A stretch of 63,951 bases of DNA, filler included, from Rhabdomonas costata (GCA_019059605.1; 42 parts of 42 records of this genome joined end to end with filler, not necessarily neighbours in it); one strand, 5' to 3'. Numbered from the whole stretch's first letter, positions 50,368 to 62,920 are shown. The notes: generated by a model not told the origin, from the sequence alone. Translations and numbers: made by a program.

Positions 50368-51519
50368 ACGATGGACCACGTGATCACCTTTGTTCCTGCC
50401 TCGGCTGCCCAGAGCTACCAGTTGGACGTGGCCTCTCTGGGAGACGTGACTGGGTTCCGCTTTCACTTCCATTTCTCTTTCACTCGCTTCCTCCCTTCCT
50501 TCCCTCCCCTTTCTATTCATCTAAGTCGATCCTAGAGGAGCGAATATCGAGTGAACAGCGCGTCATGACCGAGTGAATTCCATGCAAAAATCAGTTCCAC
50601 TCAATGCACCAACCCCTTCACCCTCCACAGAGCACGGTGGGATTGTTATGCACATGTTTTTTCTTGAGGGGGGGGGGTGTAATAACGTTTCGTTTGCAAA
50701 CTCTTTGCCTTCAGAACATAGATACGGAGCACCACCTAACTTTCGGAGCACCGCCTAACTCTCTTCTGACCACCGGCTCAGACCTGCTGACAAAAAAGGC
50801 CGGGAGGGGAGTCACCACAGCCAAGGGCGATTATCACATTAAGAGGGTCCCATATGGGTCCGCCCGCTGGCAATCGCTTGGGGTTAATTTGGAGTGGAGT
50901 GCTTTTCATGGAATGGGGTGATGTGTGTCCATGCCTCGCGAGGCTCCTCAGTTCGCTCCTTTTTTTTTTTGCTCTTTCCTCTTTATTTTCCCAACCACCG
51001 AAAGTGTTGTTGCGCCCTATTTTTTTTCAGACTCGAAATCCTACCGACTGTTGAGTCCATCGGAGCTGCCGCTGACGGGGCTACCTTCGACGATACTTTT
51101 CAAGCTGGTATGGTTGCGCTTCATTTTTGAGTTATCTCAACACTTAATCGCTGGTCCAATGCATATAGCATGCGATCAGTTGCTCGATGAGACTACGAGC
51201 AAAAAAAAACAATTGCTGCTTTCAGTCACTCCCATAGTATGTCGGGGAGGACCTTGCGACCGCTGCTTGTGTGGGTGGGCGAAGGCTGATTATCAGATTA
51301 GATTGTCATTCATGTTCGGTATCATTTTCGCATATGGCTTTTCCTCAATTCACTTTTCTTTCAGATGTTTTGAACAGTGGCATCGAAGGAGCGTTCCCCA
51401 TTGTGGTATTATCCAGTCTTGTGCTGCGGCGGGCGGTGCCCGGCCCCAACTGCACCCCCGCCGTTGCCCTGGTGGAGTTCATTCAGTGGGTCTCCACCAA
51501 CGTCACAGCCTCCCTATTG
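50368..51519 (+). CDS. PstS-like periplasmic-binding-protein domain, exons 50368-50453, 51031-51107, 51365-51519
   Basis: Spliced product ITFV..QLDVASLGDVT-GLEILPTVESIGAAA..FQA-DVLNSGIEGAFPIV..NC..AVALVEFIQW parallels the PstS C-lobe (PT..SI, AYPI, L..FL.W); phases are consistent. Confidence 0.7.
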
Positions 51520-52352
51520 GTCTGGGGTGAGTGAGGATGGCTGGATGGTTTAAGTTAATCAAGATAGGGGCCAAACCAGCATGCAACAGATCCGTGTCCG
51601 TCCATTACAGAGATAATAACTGGTCGTTGGGTAGGTTATCCTCCAACTCCACACGTTAACATTTACACTGAACGCTGCGGAAACCGACCGCGTGTTGATC
51701 AGATAGGATGGGATCTGTTGCATGCTGGTTTGGCCCCTATCTTGATTAACACAAANNNNNNNNNNNNNNNNNNNNNNNNNNNNNNNNNNNNNNNNNNNNT
51801 TAATTAATTAANNNNNNNNNNNNNNNNNNNNNNNNNNNNNNNNNNNNNNNNNNNNTTGTTGTTGGAAGGACTACTGTAGGTTAGGAGGAGGAGAGCCGAA
51901 TCTCAATGATGAAGTTATGTGGTCGTTGACTAAGAAAAACCTTTCCTGAGTTCTTCTCGTTGATCACTATTGCTGGTAAAATCTTATGCTACAGGACTTG
52001 ACGGCAATGGGACTGACTAAAATTTCGAAGAAGGAGGCTAGAGGAGCAGCACGGGAACGGTGCCTGCGGCGTATAGCACCGACCAAGATTAAGCTCAGTA
52101 TACAGGCCGACATGCACACTAATACGCGATTCCAAAGCAAAAAGGCAAGAAAAAGAACCGTACAACGGCAGCTGTAAACCGAAGCATTCCAGCCCACTCC
52201 GATGCCTGCGTGAAGTATTACTGGGCTGTACCCTTGGGTCCAAAAGAAAGCTCAGAATATGGGTCAGCAGAGGCCCCCACAAAGGAGCAAGGGGCCTTCG
52301 TCGCCCCTGTAAAGTCATGTAACTGCAGAAACCGCTAAAAAATGAGGCAGAC

Positions 52353-53260
52353 CAGAGATCCAGCATGGCCTCCACCTCGCCCTGCTGAACCTCACGAATC
52401 CCGCTGACCTCGGGGATCCAGTGCATCATGATCCGCTCGATGCCATTCTGAGCGTAGCAAAAACAGACGCAGACCACCAGAAAACAGGGAGTGTGTTTCC
52501 TTTCTGAAATAAAGGGGGGGGTTAGTGGACACGCTGAAAAGGAGACTGAAAGACGTCCAGAGGCTAGAAAAAAACTCGCTCGTTATGTGCTTTGTTCTCA
52601 ACGTTTTGACGCGAGAAACCGGAGGCGAGTCCCTCCCAGAAAGAGAGAAGGGCCACCTTAAGGAAATTGGTTTGTCTGAAATTCGTTTGAGATGGAGCAT
52701 TTATAAGGACGGATTTGTGAACCAAGGTAAGAGGTGGTGTCATTACAAGGTTTGCGGTGTGCGTTCGAACGAGGTGAGGGTTCCCTTGCTATATTCTCTG
52801 TCCAGCAATTACATGTTACTTTGTGCTGCGACCCCTTTCATGCAGCAGCTTCCAGACACCGGCACCCATCCCCCCCTACTCATCCATCATCCTTGTTCTC
52901 ATTTGGACCACACATCTCAGCAATGGTGTGGAGAGGCATTCGACATCGGGTGCAAACACAGACGCACCCCACCCCACCCAATCAATACAACGGGGCGTTG
53001 CCAGAGTACCAACTAACACGAATGCAGTGACCGTCTCCGCACTGGGAGTCGCTTGACAACCGCGGCAGCGGTGGAAGTAAGGGGGGAGGTGGGCGGAGGA
53101 CCTTCAGAGTGGAGGCCGAGGAAGGGCACGACGAGCATGCGCCCTGCATCTGCAGGTACACAACACCGTCCTCGAAGCCGACGTATCGGATGTTGCCACC
53201 GTCGCGCTGCACCATGGGCCGGATCTTGCTGTCCAGCATCTCCTTGATATCCGTCACCAC
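52353..53260 (-). CDS. NFU1: NifU-like Fe-S cluster carrier Nfu1, exons 53260-53102, 52447-52353
   Basis: [63 protein letters not shown], including the CxxC motif. Confidence 0.95.
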
Positions 53261-54362
53261 CTGAGCACCCCCCCACCCNNNNNNNNNNNNNNNNNNNNNN
53301 NNNNNNNNNNNNNNNNNNNNNNTTAATTAATTAANNNNNNNNNNNNNNNNNNNNNNNNNNNNNNNNNNNNNNNNNNNNCTTTGGGTGCATTTTTCTTTGC
53401 GGAAAGACTAATTTGGCGCTCGGCATGGACGCGGACGGTAATTTTTTCGCGCACACCGGTTCCCGCTTGCAGTTGCGTCAAGCTGAAGGTGATGAAGTGC
53501 TGTTTCGCGCAAATGCTGCCTGGTCGCGGCTCATCAAAATTTCCGCAATCAAATAGACACATCGAGACAGATCGCTTGTCACGGGAGAAGCGGGAGAATA
53601 TGAACCCTCACCGGCATGAAACCTACGCAATCGGAAGTGCAACCACCGAAAAACCCGACGGGTGGCCTTCCAGATACCCCTTCCTAAACGTGCTGTCGTT
53701 TAAAACCGCAAAACGCGCGTGCCCAAAAATGCGCCGATGAAGATATTTGTTGTTTCGATTACCAAAACTTCAGTTGAAAACTCTGGTTGTCGAGGGGCGG
53801 TTTGATGACTACCTAGGAAGACATGACCAGCCCCAAATGGTCCGCACAAAGCAAACAGTATACCAACATAATTTGTTCAAAAGGAAAAGAAATACAAACC
53901 GTACGTTCCCATGGGGAAATCCCCCCGAATAAGCGGGTTGTTCATATCACCCGGCGCACCCTTCTTAGAGGCGCCCAAAGGAGGGAGCGGCGTTAGGTCA
54001 GATGCCCAACCGCGTGGAAGGCAAAAATGCGACCACTTGGACCTTGCGCCGCATCCCAAAAGTTCACTCTCCGACCCGTGCGCTTTTACTCGTTCTTTCT
54101 CCCTTGTTCGGTTCGGGTGGTTTTGGCATATCAAACGAGGTGGCATTGGACATGTCTATCCTACGGGATTTGGATTTTTGCCTGAAAGTTTGTCTGAAAT
54201 TAGCTGTGAAACTGATGCCTATTGTCGCGGCGTGCTGGCACCCTTGGCTGAAGACGCCGATACGTTGACTAGCAGGATGTGCAAAAAAAACGTGGCCGCT
54301 TCCAGATGAAACAAATAAAGGCTAAAGCCGATGGTCTTACCAAGACATGGTGATAGGAATGC

Positions 54363-54394
<32 letters not shown>

Positions 54395-55657
54395 CAATAT
54401 GGCTGGGTCCTTTTTCGAAACTATGATGGAGGCAGTGCTGATTTATGCGCCGTTCTGGCTGCACAAAAATCAGGGGGTAAACTATCATTCAAACAAACAT
54501 GGTAACACAGGCAATCATAGCGGCCGTCCAGAATCCATTATTGGTGGATCACGTCCAACCATCTGCGTTTTTCTTGTGCCTATTCGAGGCGCAGTCTTAG
54601 CTTGAGAGAATTGGATGCAAATGGTGGTCATATCTATGCTGCTTATGTAAAACTTGCGGTGCTGATGTGTGAATTTATGTGTGTGGCCTCCAGACGAGCG
54701 GCTGAACTTATTGAGCTGCTGCTCATTTCTGTGGGATTTTTGCCGGCGTATCGGGTCGCTCAGTTTATGGATGCTCGCCTGTAGTTGGAAGTGTGGTTTC
54801 CGGNNNNNNNNNNNNNNNNNNNNNNNNNNNNNNNNNNNNNNNNNNNNTTAATTAATTAANNNNNNNNNNNNNNNNNNNNNNNNNNNNNNNNNNNNNNNNN
54901 NNNTGTGTGGTGTAGCGCCGCCGCGGCTCTAAGCGATGCCCGCGGCCGGAGGGAGGGCGCCAAGGGCGGCGGCACCGGCTGCGGCTGTGGGGATAGTAAC
55001 GCATTTCAGCTCTCACTAGTGGAGGTCACGGCTAGGAGGGCAGCTGAGAGGCATGCCTAAAATCAAGGGAGTGAGTCCAGGAAGATGTGCCGAGATGTGG
55101 GATACCCCGTCGGCATGAAGCAGCTTCAGCGGCAGCTATTACCGAGTTAGGCCTGTAGGTGAGCTTTGCCACGTTGCCCCACTCGCTGAGAGTCTTTCTG
55201 TGGTTTCCCGGCTCCTTTCTTACTTTGTGGCGCCGGCGATGGCACAGCACTTGCGGAGCACTTGCTTCAGGGGTTGGTAGATTCCCAGCTCGTCAACCTT
55301 CTCAGTAGGAGAGACGGGGCTGCCCCCGCCAGCCGGAAAAGTATCGGACCAAACCAGTGCAGCCGAAGACGTGAATACATTTGCATTTAACAGGATGTCT
55401 TGGGCTGTAGAGGCCACAGTCCTGTGAATATTTCAAAGGCATTACAAAAAAGCCCAAATATCAGTATCAGTGAGCCTCTGAAAACCCTTTGAAAAATCCG
55501 CCAAAAAACCTTTTGCTGGTTTCAGTAGGTGTGTGGTGTGGTGTGGTGTGGTGTGGAGAAAGCGCGATTGGTCGCGAGTTGGAAGCAAAGTTGTTAAAGC
55601 TGTACTATACGGTACTGGATGCCCACCCCCCCCTTTTCTTTTGCAATTTTTTTCCAG

Positions 55658-56290
55658 GAGTCGAAGCAAGGACAGAAAAGATCGTCGCGATGAAAAAGAT
55701 CGGCGAGATCGAGGTCATGATCGAGACCGTGAGAGAGATCGTGATGGTCATCGTGACCGCGGTCGCGAGCGTGATAAGTCTCGCCGAGATGATGACAAAG
55801 AAAAGGACCGACGCGAAAGCAAAGGCGGAGAGAGTGAGGACAAAAACAAAAAGGATGCCGTGAAGGAAGTCGACAAAGATAAAGAAGGGGAGGAAAATGC
55901 ATCGTCAGGAAAGGCTGAAGATAAAGCAGAAAAGAAAGATGACAGTCGTAAAGACGCTGACAAAGAGCGATCCAAAGATAAGACCAGAAGCAAGGAGCGC
56001 GAAAAGGGCCGCGATCCCAAGAGGCGGCGCTCCCGAAGTCGGTAGAAAGAAAGAAGAAAGAGCAGAAGCCGTTCTAAGGAGCGGAAAAGGAGCAAGTCCC
56101 CAGAAAAGGCCGATCGGAAGTACGCTCTTTTCTTTATATTGCTGTTGTATTGTTCTTCAATTCGAATGTCTTCATGTATTCTTTTCTTCACTCTAGGAAG
56201 AAGCGCGGAGGCTGGGACATTGCTCCCGCTGTCAATCCAGCGCTGCTGTCTCTGGCGTCAGCAGGGATAAGCCCTTTGCTTTTGAATGCT
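55658..56290 (+). CDS. RS-domain splicing factor, probably U2AF large subunit; contains an in-frame TAG at 56043-56045
   Basis: RD/RS-rich exon followed, after the AG at 56196, by KKRGGWDIAP, a ULM-like basic+WD motif placed after the RS domain as in U2AF65. Confidence 0.6.
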
Positions 56291-57953
56291 CCAGGGCTGG
56301 ATTGACAGCGGGAGCAATGTCCCAACCCNNNNNNNNNNNNNNNNNNNNNNNNNNNNNNNNNNNNNNNNNNNNTTAATTAATTAANNNNNNNNNNNNNNNN
56401 NNNNNNNNNNNNNNNNNNNNNNNNNNNNTTTTTGTGGTCACAAAACCGCCGCACAAAAGAAAGATAAGGCAGGCAGAGTTCTGAGTTGTGGAGGGATTAC
56501 TATTTCATAAAGAGCAGTCTAGGCATACTAGCGTGTGTCCAAATAACAATATTATTTCAAGTTTAATTTGTGTTTATTGATGGGAATATGTATTGTTCGG
56601 GTTTCACTAACAGGATTTCAATCCGGAGACCCTCTCTCCATTCCATGTTCGGGCTTCAGGGTAATCCATTTACACCAACCACCTGCCCCAGATATGGCAT
56701 CGCTTGCATGCTTTGGTTGCCCAGGCTTTACACACACAACCCCCCCCCCCGATACTGCCTACTGCCCGTTGCCCGTTGGCCATGGGTACAACTTTCGTTG
56801 GAATTCAGCAGATCGCGCCAAAGCGCACCCATTCCACACTCGGCGCCGCAGGTGCTGCACGTCCCTGTACACTAGCCGCCCATATTCCCCTTGTATGCTT
56901 TGGTTCCCAAGGTTGAGGCTAAGCCAGCCGGGGTTTGGTTGCCTGGATTCCAGAACAAGACTTCTGGTGAGTTACTGGCGATGTGATATCTCCCGCATTA
57001 CAGGATAGATGCTTTTGAAGCGCAAGACCATCTCCCCCCAAGACCCTTCCAAAACCTTTCCATCAAACCCGCAAGAGCCCAAGAACGACCGCTGCGAGGC
57101 ATTGTGAGTGTGACCGAAACTGACACTTGCCACTCGCTTGTGCTGCTTGGAAGCTCTGCACACCCCAGAAAGGAATATGATTATGCTGCTTACAAAAATT
57201 ACAGGGAAGGCTGCAAAGCAGGGAAATCGCCGTTCGGGAAAGCTGCCTATCTATTCAACGGGGTGAACCCCACTCCCCTCACCATGATACGCGGGGCGAA
57301 AAAACGCTGAGCGCGGGCGGGTGAACGGAAATGCATGGCTATGTTAGCCAAAAGGAAATGCTAGACATACCCTCTTCCATGATCTCCACTCCGGCACCCA
57401 CATCAGAGCCATCAGACATCTGCGACACGAAAAGTCCTCACCCCCTCCGCTCTCAGGGTCACCGGGGTAGACCCTCGAGACCCACCGAAAGCGACATGGA
57501 AAACAGTCAAGGAGGGAGGGAAGGGCAAAAAACAAAAACCAAACAGTGCTTTGGAAGTGTGAAAGTATAATCAAGGAAAGGCAAACAACCTCCTGCAGGA
57601 GGGGGGATCCGCCTCGGCTCTTGGTCCCATCGGATCGGATCCTGGCTGCAGGAAACTACTTCGTAACACCCATTCGCTTGTGCCCCACGTTTGTGTTCAA
57701 CGGACACCGGACGATGTCCTGGAACTTTAGGATTTTTGCTTTTCAAAAAAATACCTGCAAGTCATTTTTGAACTCATATAGCATTGCTTCTTGCTATCCA
57801 TCCGCTCAAAAATCAGCCCGCGCCCAAACGCGGTGCTTTCCACACACCCCACANNNNNNNNNNNNNNNNNNNNNNNNNNNNNNNNNNNNNNNNNNNNTTA
57901 ATTAATTAANNNNNNNNNNNNNNNNNNNNNNNNNNNNNNNNNNNNNNNNNNNN

Positions 57954-59378
57954 TTGTGGTGTGGGACTGACCAGCAATTTGATGTACTTTATTGTTAACA
58001 CCACGGTATCCTCTGCCGGGGGCGAGCAGGTCGTGTTCTCCCGCAGTGTTGCCGCCGCGATTGCGTTCCGGACGGTAAGCACCCAGCTGGTGATGAACGA
58101 GTTTACCTCGTGCAACGTAACCGGCGGCAACTTCACCTGCAACCTCCCCGTGGGGACCTTCACCCCTGGCTCTGTCACGATCTGGTTCCTATTCTCTCCG
58201 CTGGCTGCCTCTCCTCCGCCAGGACTCGTGCCAGCTGTGTTCCAAGCCACTAATTTCTATCCAGCCACTGCGCTGGCATACCTCACGCTGACCCCGTCCC
58301 TGAACATGAGTTGTTCGACGCTGCCCGCTCGCGTGGTTGTAACCGGAACCCCGGTTGTGCTGCAATGCAACGCCTTTGCGAACTCCTCTGTCGTGATCAG
58401 TGCGAGGATTCGGGTTCCCGCCTCGAAGCTGTTCGCAGCCTCTGGTGTGTCATGGGCATTGGTTAACGCTGTGCAAGAGACCGTGACCTGTCCCCTGGGG
58501 TACAATGAGTTCTTGTGCGAGGTTCCTCTGAGTTCAGTGCCATTGACTCTGTACTTCTTCCTTGTTCCGAAACTTGTCACGGTGGGGTCCTTGCAAATGC
58601 CGCTAGCTGTGCAATCCACTGGTTTCCGAACCACTACCATAATTCCGGACGTCGTTGTCAACGGCACACTGACCATCCAGCAGTACTTGGCCTCGCCTGC
58701 TCCAATCAGTGCAGGTGCTACTGTGATGCTCTTCTACACCATCGCGTGCACAGGAAACACGTCGGCTGGGGAAGCCATTCTGGTCAACCTTACCCGAGTT
58801 AACGCTAGCACTCCTGTGCAGTGGAGTGACACCGCGAACGGCACTCGCCGAGTGTGCGGCGTGGCTCAGGGCTTTGCCCTGTGCAATGTCTCTCAGGCCC
58901 TGCACTGGCTGACCACAGGGACAGATGTCTACATCTGGGTTGCCCCGCTATCCACCATCGTGGGCCAAGCTGGTATCAAATTGATTTTCAGAGCTCGAGA
59001 CGTGGTGGACTTCCCAGACACCCCTTCCATCTTCGTGATTGGGCAATGGAGTGCCTCTGCATCCGTGGTGGGCCTGCCCGGCCCTTCTCCGTATTTCGTT
59101 CTGGCAACGTATCCCGTGACCATCGAGCTGAACATTTCTGCCAGTGGGGTTACTGCTGGAAGTGCGGAGCTGATCATTAACTCCACCGTGGTGTCTGGCA
59201 ACGTGTCCTGGAGGTCACGATCTGTTGTGCCTTTCGACTGTCCTCAAACCAATTACGTCTACGTTTGCGACTTGTCAGCCGTGCCACAGCCGTTCTCGCA
59301 GGTTGCCATCCCCGTCGATGTGACTTTTGTTGTGGCTTCTTCCTTCAAGGGCCCCCTGATGGAAGAAGCCAAAACAAA
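57954..59378 (+). CDS. Large secreted/surface protein fragment with tandem Ig-like (DUF11-like) beta repeats; open across the whole contig
   Basis: About 470 stop-free codons, V/T/S-rich, many NxS/T sequons, four C-x8-C motifs about 125 aa apart. Confidence 0.8.
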
Positions 59379-59672
59379 NNNNNNNNNNNNNNNNNNNNNN
59401 NNNNNNNNNNNNNNNNNNNNNNTTAATTAATTAANNNNNNNNNNNNNNNNNNNNNNNNNNNNNNNNNNNNNNNNNNNNGGGTTGTTGGTCACAAATGAGC
59501 CACAGCCGTTGCCTTTTTGCATGTTCTTTTCCCCTGCGAAAAGTGTCCTGTGAGACCTGTTAGCACTACCACGTCATTGTGGTTTCCTAAGATCACCTTC
59601 CCGCAGTGTTTCGCTGCACACGCACAAAACTCTCCTTTCGAAGACTCAGCAAACAAAAAACCACCCTTGAAC

Positions 59673-59970
59673 CTGTCGCCGCGGCGCAGTATGTGTCTTC
59701 CCCACTGTGAAGCAAGGGGAAGGCCAGGTTTTGGATCGCCGTGGGCACGGCCAGCCTCTGCTCCAGCAGCTGCTTACGCAAACCCTCGTGGAGACCCAGG
59801 CCAGCCCAGCTGCAGCTCTTTACGGTTGGCTTCGTTGGCGAGGCCTCCAGCAGAACCGAGGCGTCAGGATCGGGTTTGGGTTTCTTCGGGCCATCGAAGC
59901 CTACGCTGCGGGTGGAGACGCGGCAGCACAGCCACCCAGACAGCGGGGTGCACAGCCTCCATGCACGCAT
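59673..59970 (-). CDS. DEAD-box RNA helicase, first exon (Q motif and start of motif I), with a possible mitochondrial presequence
   Basis: SWAGLGLHEGL..L......PTAIQNLAFPLLHSGEDTYCAAATG; R/S/L-rich N-terminus. Confidence 0.85.
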
Positions 59971-61036
59971 TACCACGGGAAAGACACGGGGTCACGCGTC
60001 CCAGAAAGAAAATACAGAATCAATGGTTCTGGGGGGAACCCAACAACAAACAAGAAGTCAGGCCCAGGACAGTCCAGCAGAATCGGATCGGAGGGTCCAG
60101 AATCAATCAGGAACCCAGGTACCCCAGTGCTCACGGTTCAAACCTTTGGTTTACCACAAAACTTGGCAGGCCCTCTCTTGGACGCAGTCGTAAGTTTGTG
60201 TTTGTGAAGGCGGGGGAAATTATGATTATCACTGGCACGGCATCTGTATGGATTGTTCACACGTGGGAAAATGTCGGGGAATAATCGGGTAAGATTGTAG
60301 GTCTCTGAGGGTACCCTCCCGCGCTCCGATACTACCAGCATCCATGGTGGTCGAACACAACACACATATGTTGGTGCAGGGAAGCAATCGGCAACAGGGC
60401 TTGACCAGCAGTACCGGGGCCGAAGGGGCCCACCATCCACCTCACCTCTGAAAGGAAATGCATACCAACAGCTCCCAATTTTTCTTCGCTAAAAGCGCGC
60501 AGCTCCGTATAAGGGAATGTTTTCATTGAAGCGTCTCCACTTCATAACAGGAACGGTGTGCCAAATTCCATATGACCTGATTTAACAGTGACGTGCATGT
60601 TAAATCAAGCTATCAGCATCTGGGTTTCACGGCCACTACCGCTCAAGGAGTGCATGTTGTGCTGCACAGCCGCCTGCAAAAGCTTGGAGTGGAACCTCGC
60701 ATTAGAAGCCACCACAAAGAGGCAAAACATGTACAAAGGTCACATGCAGTATTCACCACAGCAACCGAATGGGCCCAGGGTGGGGAGATGGGGGGGGGGG
60801 GGGTGAGGAGTAATAAGCATAGAAAAAAGCATCTGTGGGCTTCGCTGTCGACCCGTTCAAGGCTCCGATCACGGGCCACAACAACCCAAACACACCTATC
60901 ACANNNNNNNNNNNNNNNNNNNNNNNNNNNNNNNNNNNNNNNNNNNNTTAATTAATTAANNNNNNNNNNNNNNNNNNNNNNNNNNNNNNNNNNNNNNNNN
61001 NNNGGTGGTTGTGGACAATATTTGATGGTACGGTAG

Positions 61037-61440
61037 TACTCCTGAGATGAGTTGGTTGGCCGCTTCCCGGCCTCGGACTCCTTCTCTATGCCGAGGTACG
61101 GCCAATTCAAGGTCCCCCCTCGTTTTTTTTTGCCTTTTTCATGGCATTTTTGACTTCAGAATTCCAAGGGCACGGGGTGCACTTTTCGGAACCTGTGGAC
61201 CTGCTTAGCATAACCAAGGGTATAGCCCAGGAGCACTTCATCCTGGCACCGGAGTTGGCTGGAATAATTCGGTTTAGAGCCACGCTAGAAGCCATTTGAG
61301 GCCATTTTGGGGTGTTTTCAGGCCCTTTTTGCCTTTTCACAAGCATTGAAGTGCCGCTCTTGACCATTTGCAGGCCTCCATACTGAGCCTAAGCTTTCCG
61401 CCGGGCCTGCTTAGCATAGGGTAGAGCCCAGGAGTACTTT
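61037..61440 (+). repeat. Dispersed repeat family, copy 2, internally rearranged
   Basis: Homologous to 28498-28805; the cctgcttagcata..gggta.agcccaggag.actt block occurs twice (~61200 and ~61405). Confidence 0.88.
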
Positions 61441-62920
61441 TCTGTACGTTTTTGGCCCTTTGCAGGCCTCCAGCAGTGCCCTACAGCTCACAACAATATC
61501 GCGGGGATCTCTGTGCATGTAGGCAGTATGCTAGGGACATCTCTTCTTTTCATCCATCTTTCGGGTCATCGTTTTCTGCCTTTCATCTTTCAGCCCGTGA
61601 AAGTTTTTGCTGGGGTGGTTGCCTTCTAGAAAATGTCACCCAACCCCAAGTTCCGTTTCAGTGGAAGGAAAATGCCAAACATACTTGCACACAGTTCAGA
61701 CTGCCCACAGAGCAGGCAATGTGGATGGGCAGCGACCCAAACGCGTTAGCCGTGAAAACCAACCCCTCGTCATGTTCCAACAGAAGTCTGGGCGACGAAA
61801 AAAGGTCACCACAAGGCCACATAATTGGAAACCGCATGCTTCACAGAAACAAATTTAACACAGGGTTTGAAGCAAAAACTCACACTCGGCACTGAAAACG
61901 AGGGCCCGAATGAGGAAAAGCAACTCCGTAACCAATTTGTGGCGACCGAAAAAAAATAATTTTTCTTCTGCGTATTCTGCAACGCAGGGGTGCAGTGTGG
62001 AGTGTAATGAAGGTTTGTATCCGACAGCAGGTGTTCGGGAAGCGTCTGGGGTGCATCACCACAAAACAATTTATAAGGAACACAACAACATGTGCTGCTT
62101 ACCAAAGAAATTTACAAGAAGGAACGCGAAAATAAATAGAACGGTAAAACGGTGTATCCGAAATCAGAGATCCACGATTCGCGCGTGACATGAGAGATAA
62201 TTTCTCAGTGAGTTGCCGAAAGTCGGCGCTAATTGGCGTAAAAATGGCACTTGTTGGCACTGAATGGGTCAAGTGCCAACGTTCAACCTCAGTTCCCAAC
62301 TCTCTAATGTCAGAATGAAGCTGAAAATCACACACGTTATGCACAGGCCACTCTCACCTCTTGACGCTTTGATCCAAAAGGCGCGAAAATGGGAGTTTAC
62401 CTTTCAATGCTTCCCGACCAAAAAACNNNNNNNNNNNNNNNNNNNNNNNNNNNNNNNNNNNNNNNNNNNNTTAATTAATTAANNNNNNNNNNNNNNNNNN
62501 NNNNNNNNNNNNNNNNNNNNNNNNNNGTTTTGTTGTTTGCTGAGCAGGGAAGGCACCCGCACAAGGTGGAATCTCCGAGAGGTGCTCCTCGCCCTGCTCA
62601 GCAAGCAACAAAGGCAAAGGACTATCTCCGACATCATCCGGTGCAGAGGAGAATTTTGCAGGAGATGCAGATTCTGTTTGTAGACGAGATGGTTGGTGGG
62701 CGCAATGCAAGCAATGGATCTCAAAGTTCGAGCAAACCAGAGGTTTTTTGAGGAAATTTGTATTATTTGTTATGGAGATCATTACCAGACGAAGCCTATT
62801 GGAGAGCTGTCACCACTTCAGTCTCATCTTTTCAGATTCTTCTTTTCAACGTTGGTTCGGAAAGAAACCTTCAGGGCGAGAAGAGGTGCCGGCCTCCAGG
62901 AGATGATTCGGGCAACGCGT

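Noticed and set aside
9-56323. Long near-perfect inverted repeats (about 9-121, 1285-1421, 3958-4477, 6111-6172, 10688-10827, 12039-12102, 14984-15158, 21013-21255, 33283-33455, 34903-34977, 41180-41250, 42708-42866, 45570-45650, 51554-51750, 56213-56323) as hairpin RNAs, MITEs or hairpin telomeres
   Set aside because: One arm always abuts a contig end next to a primer-like tail, each sequence is unique, and several copy coding exons (LicD, ETF-QO, cyclase, RS protein). This is the pattern of WGA fold-back chimeras.
4114-59970. Euglenid non-conventional (non GT-AG) introns
   Set aside because: Every intron I could anchor with protein conservation fits GT-AG or GC-AG. Others may exist but need transcripts to detect.
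1427-62526. Regularly spaced TTAATTAATTAA as a CRISPR-like or biological repeat, and ORFs ending in X-runs/LIN
   Set aside because: Synthetic six-frame-stop linker embedded in N padding.
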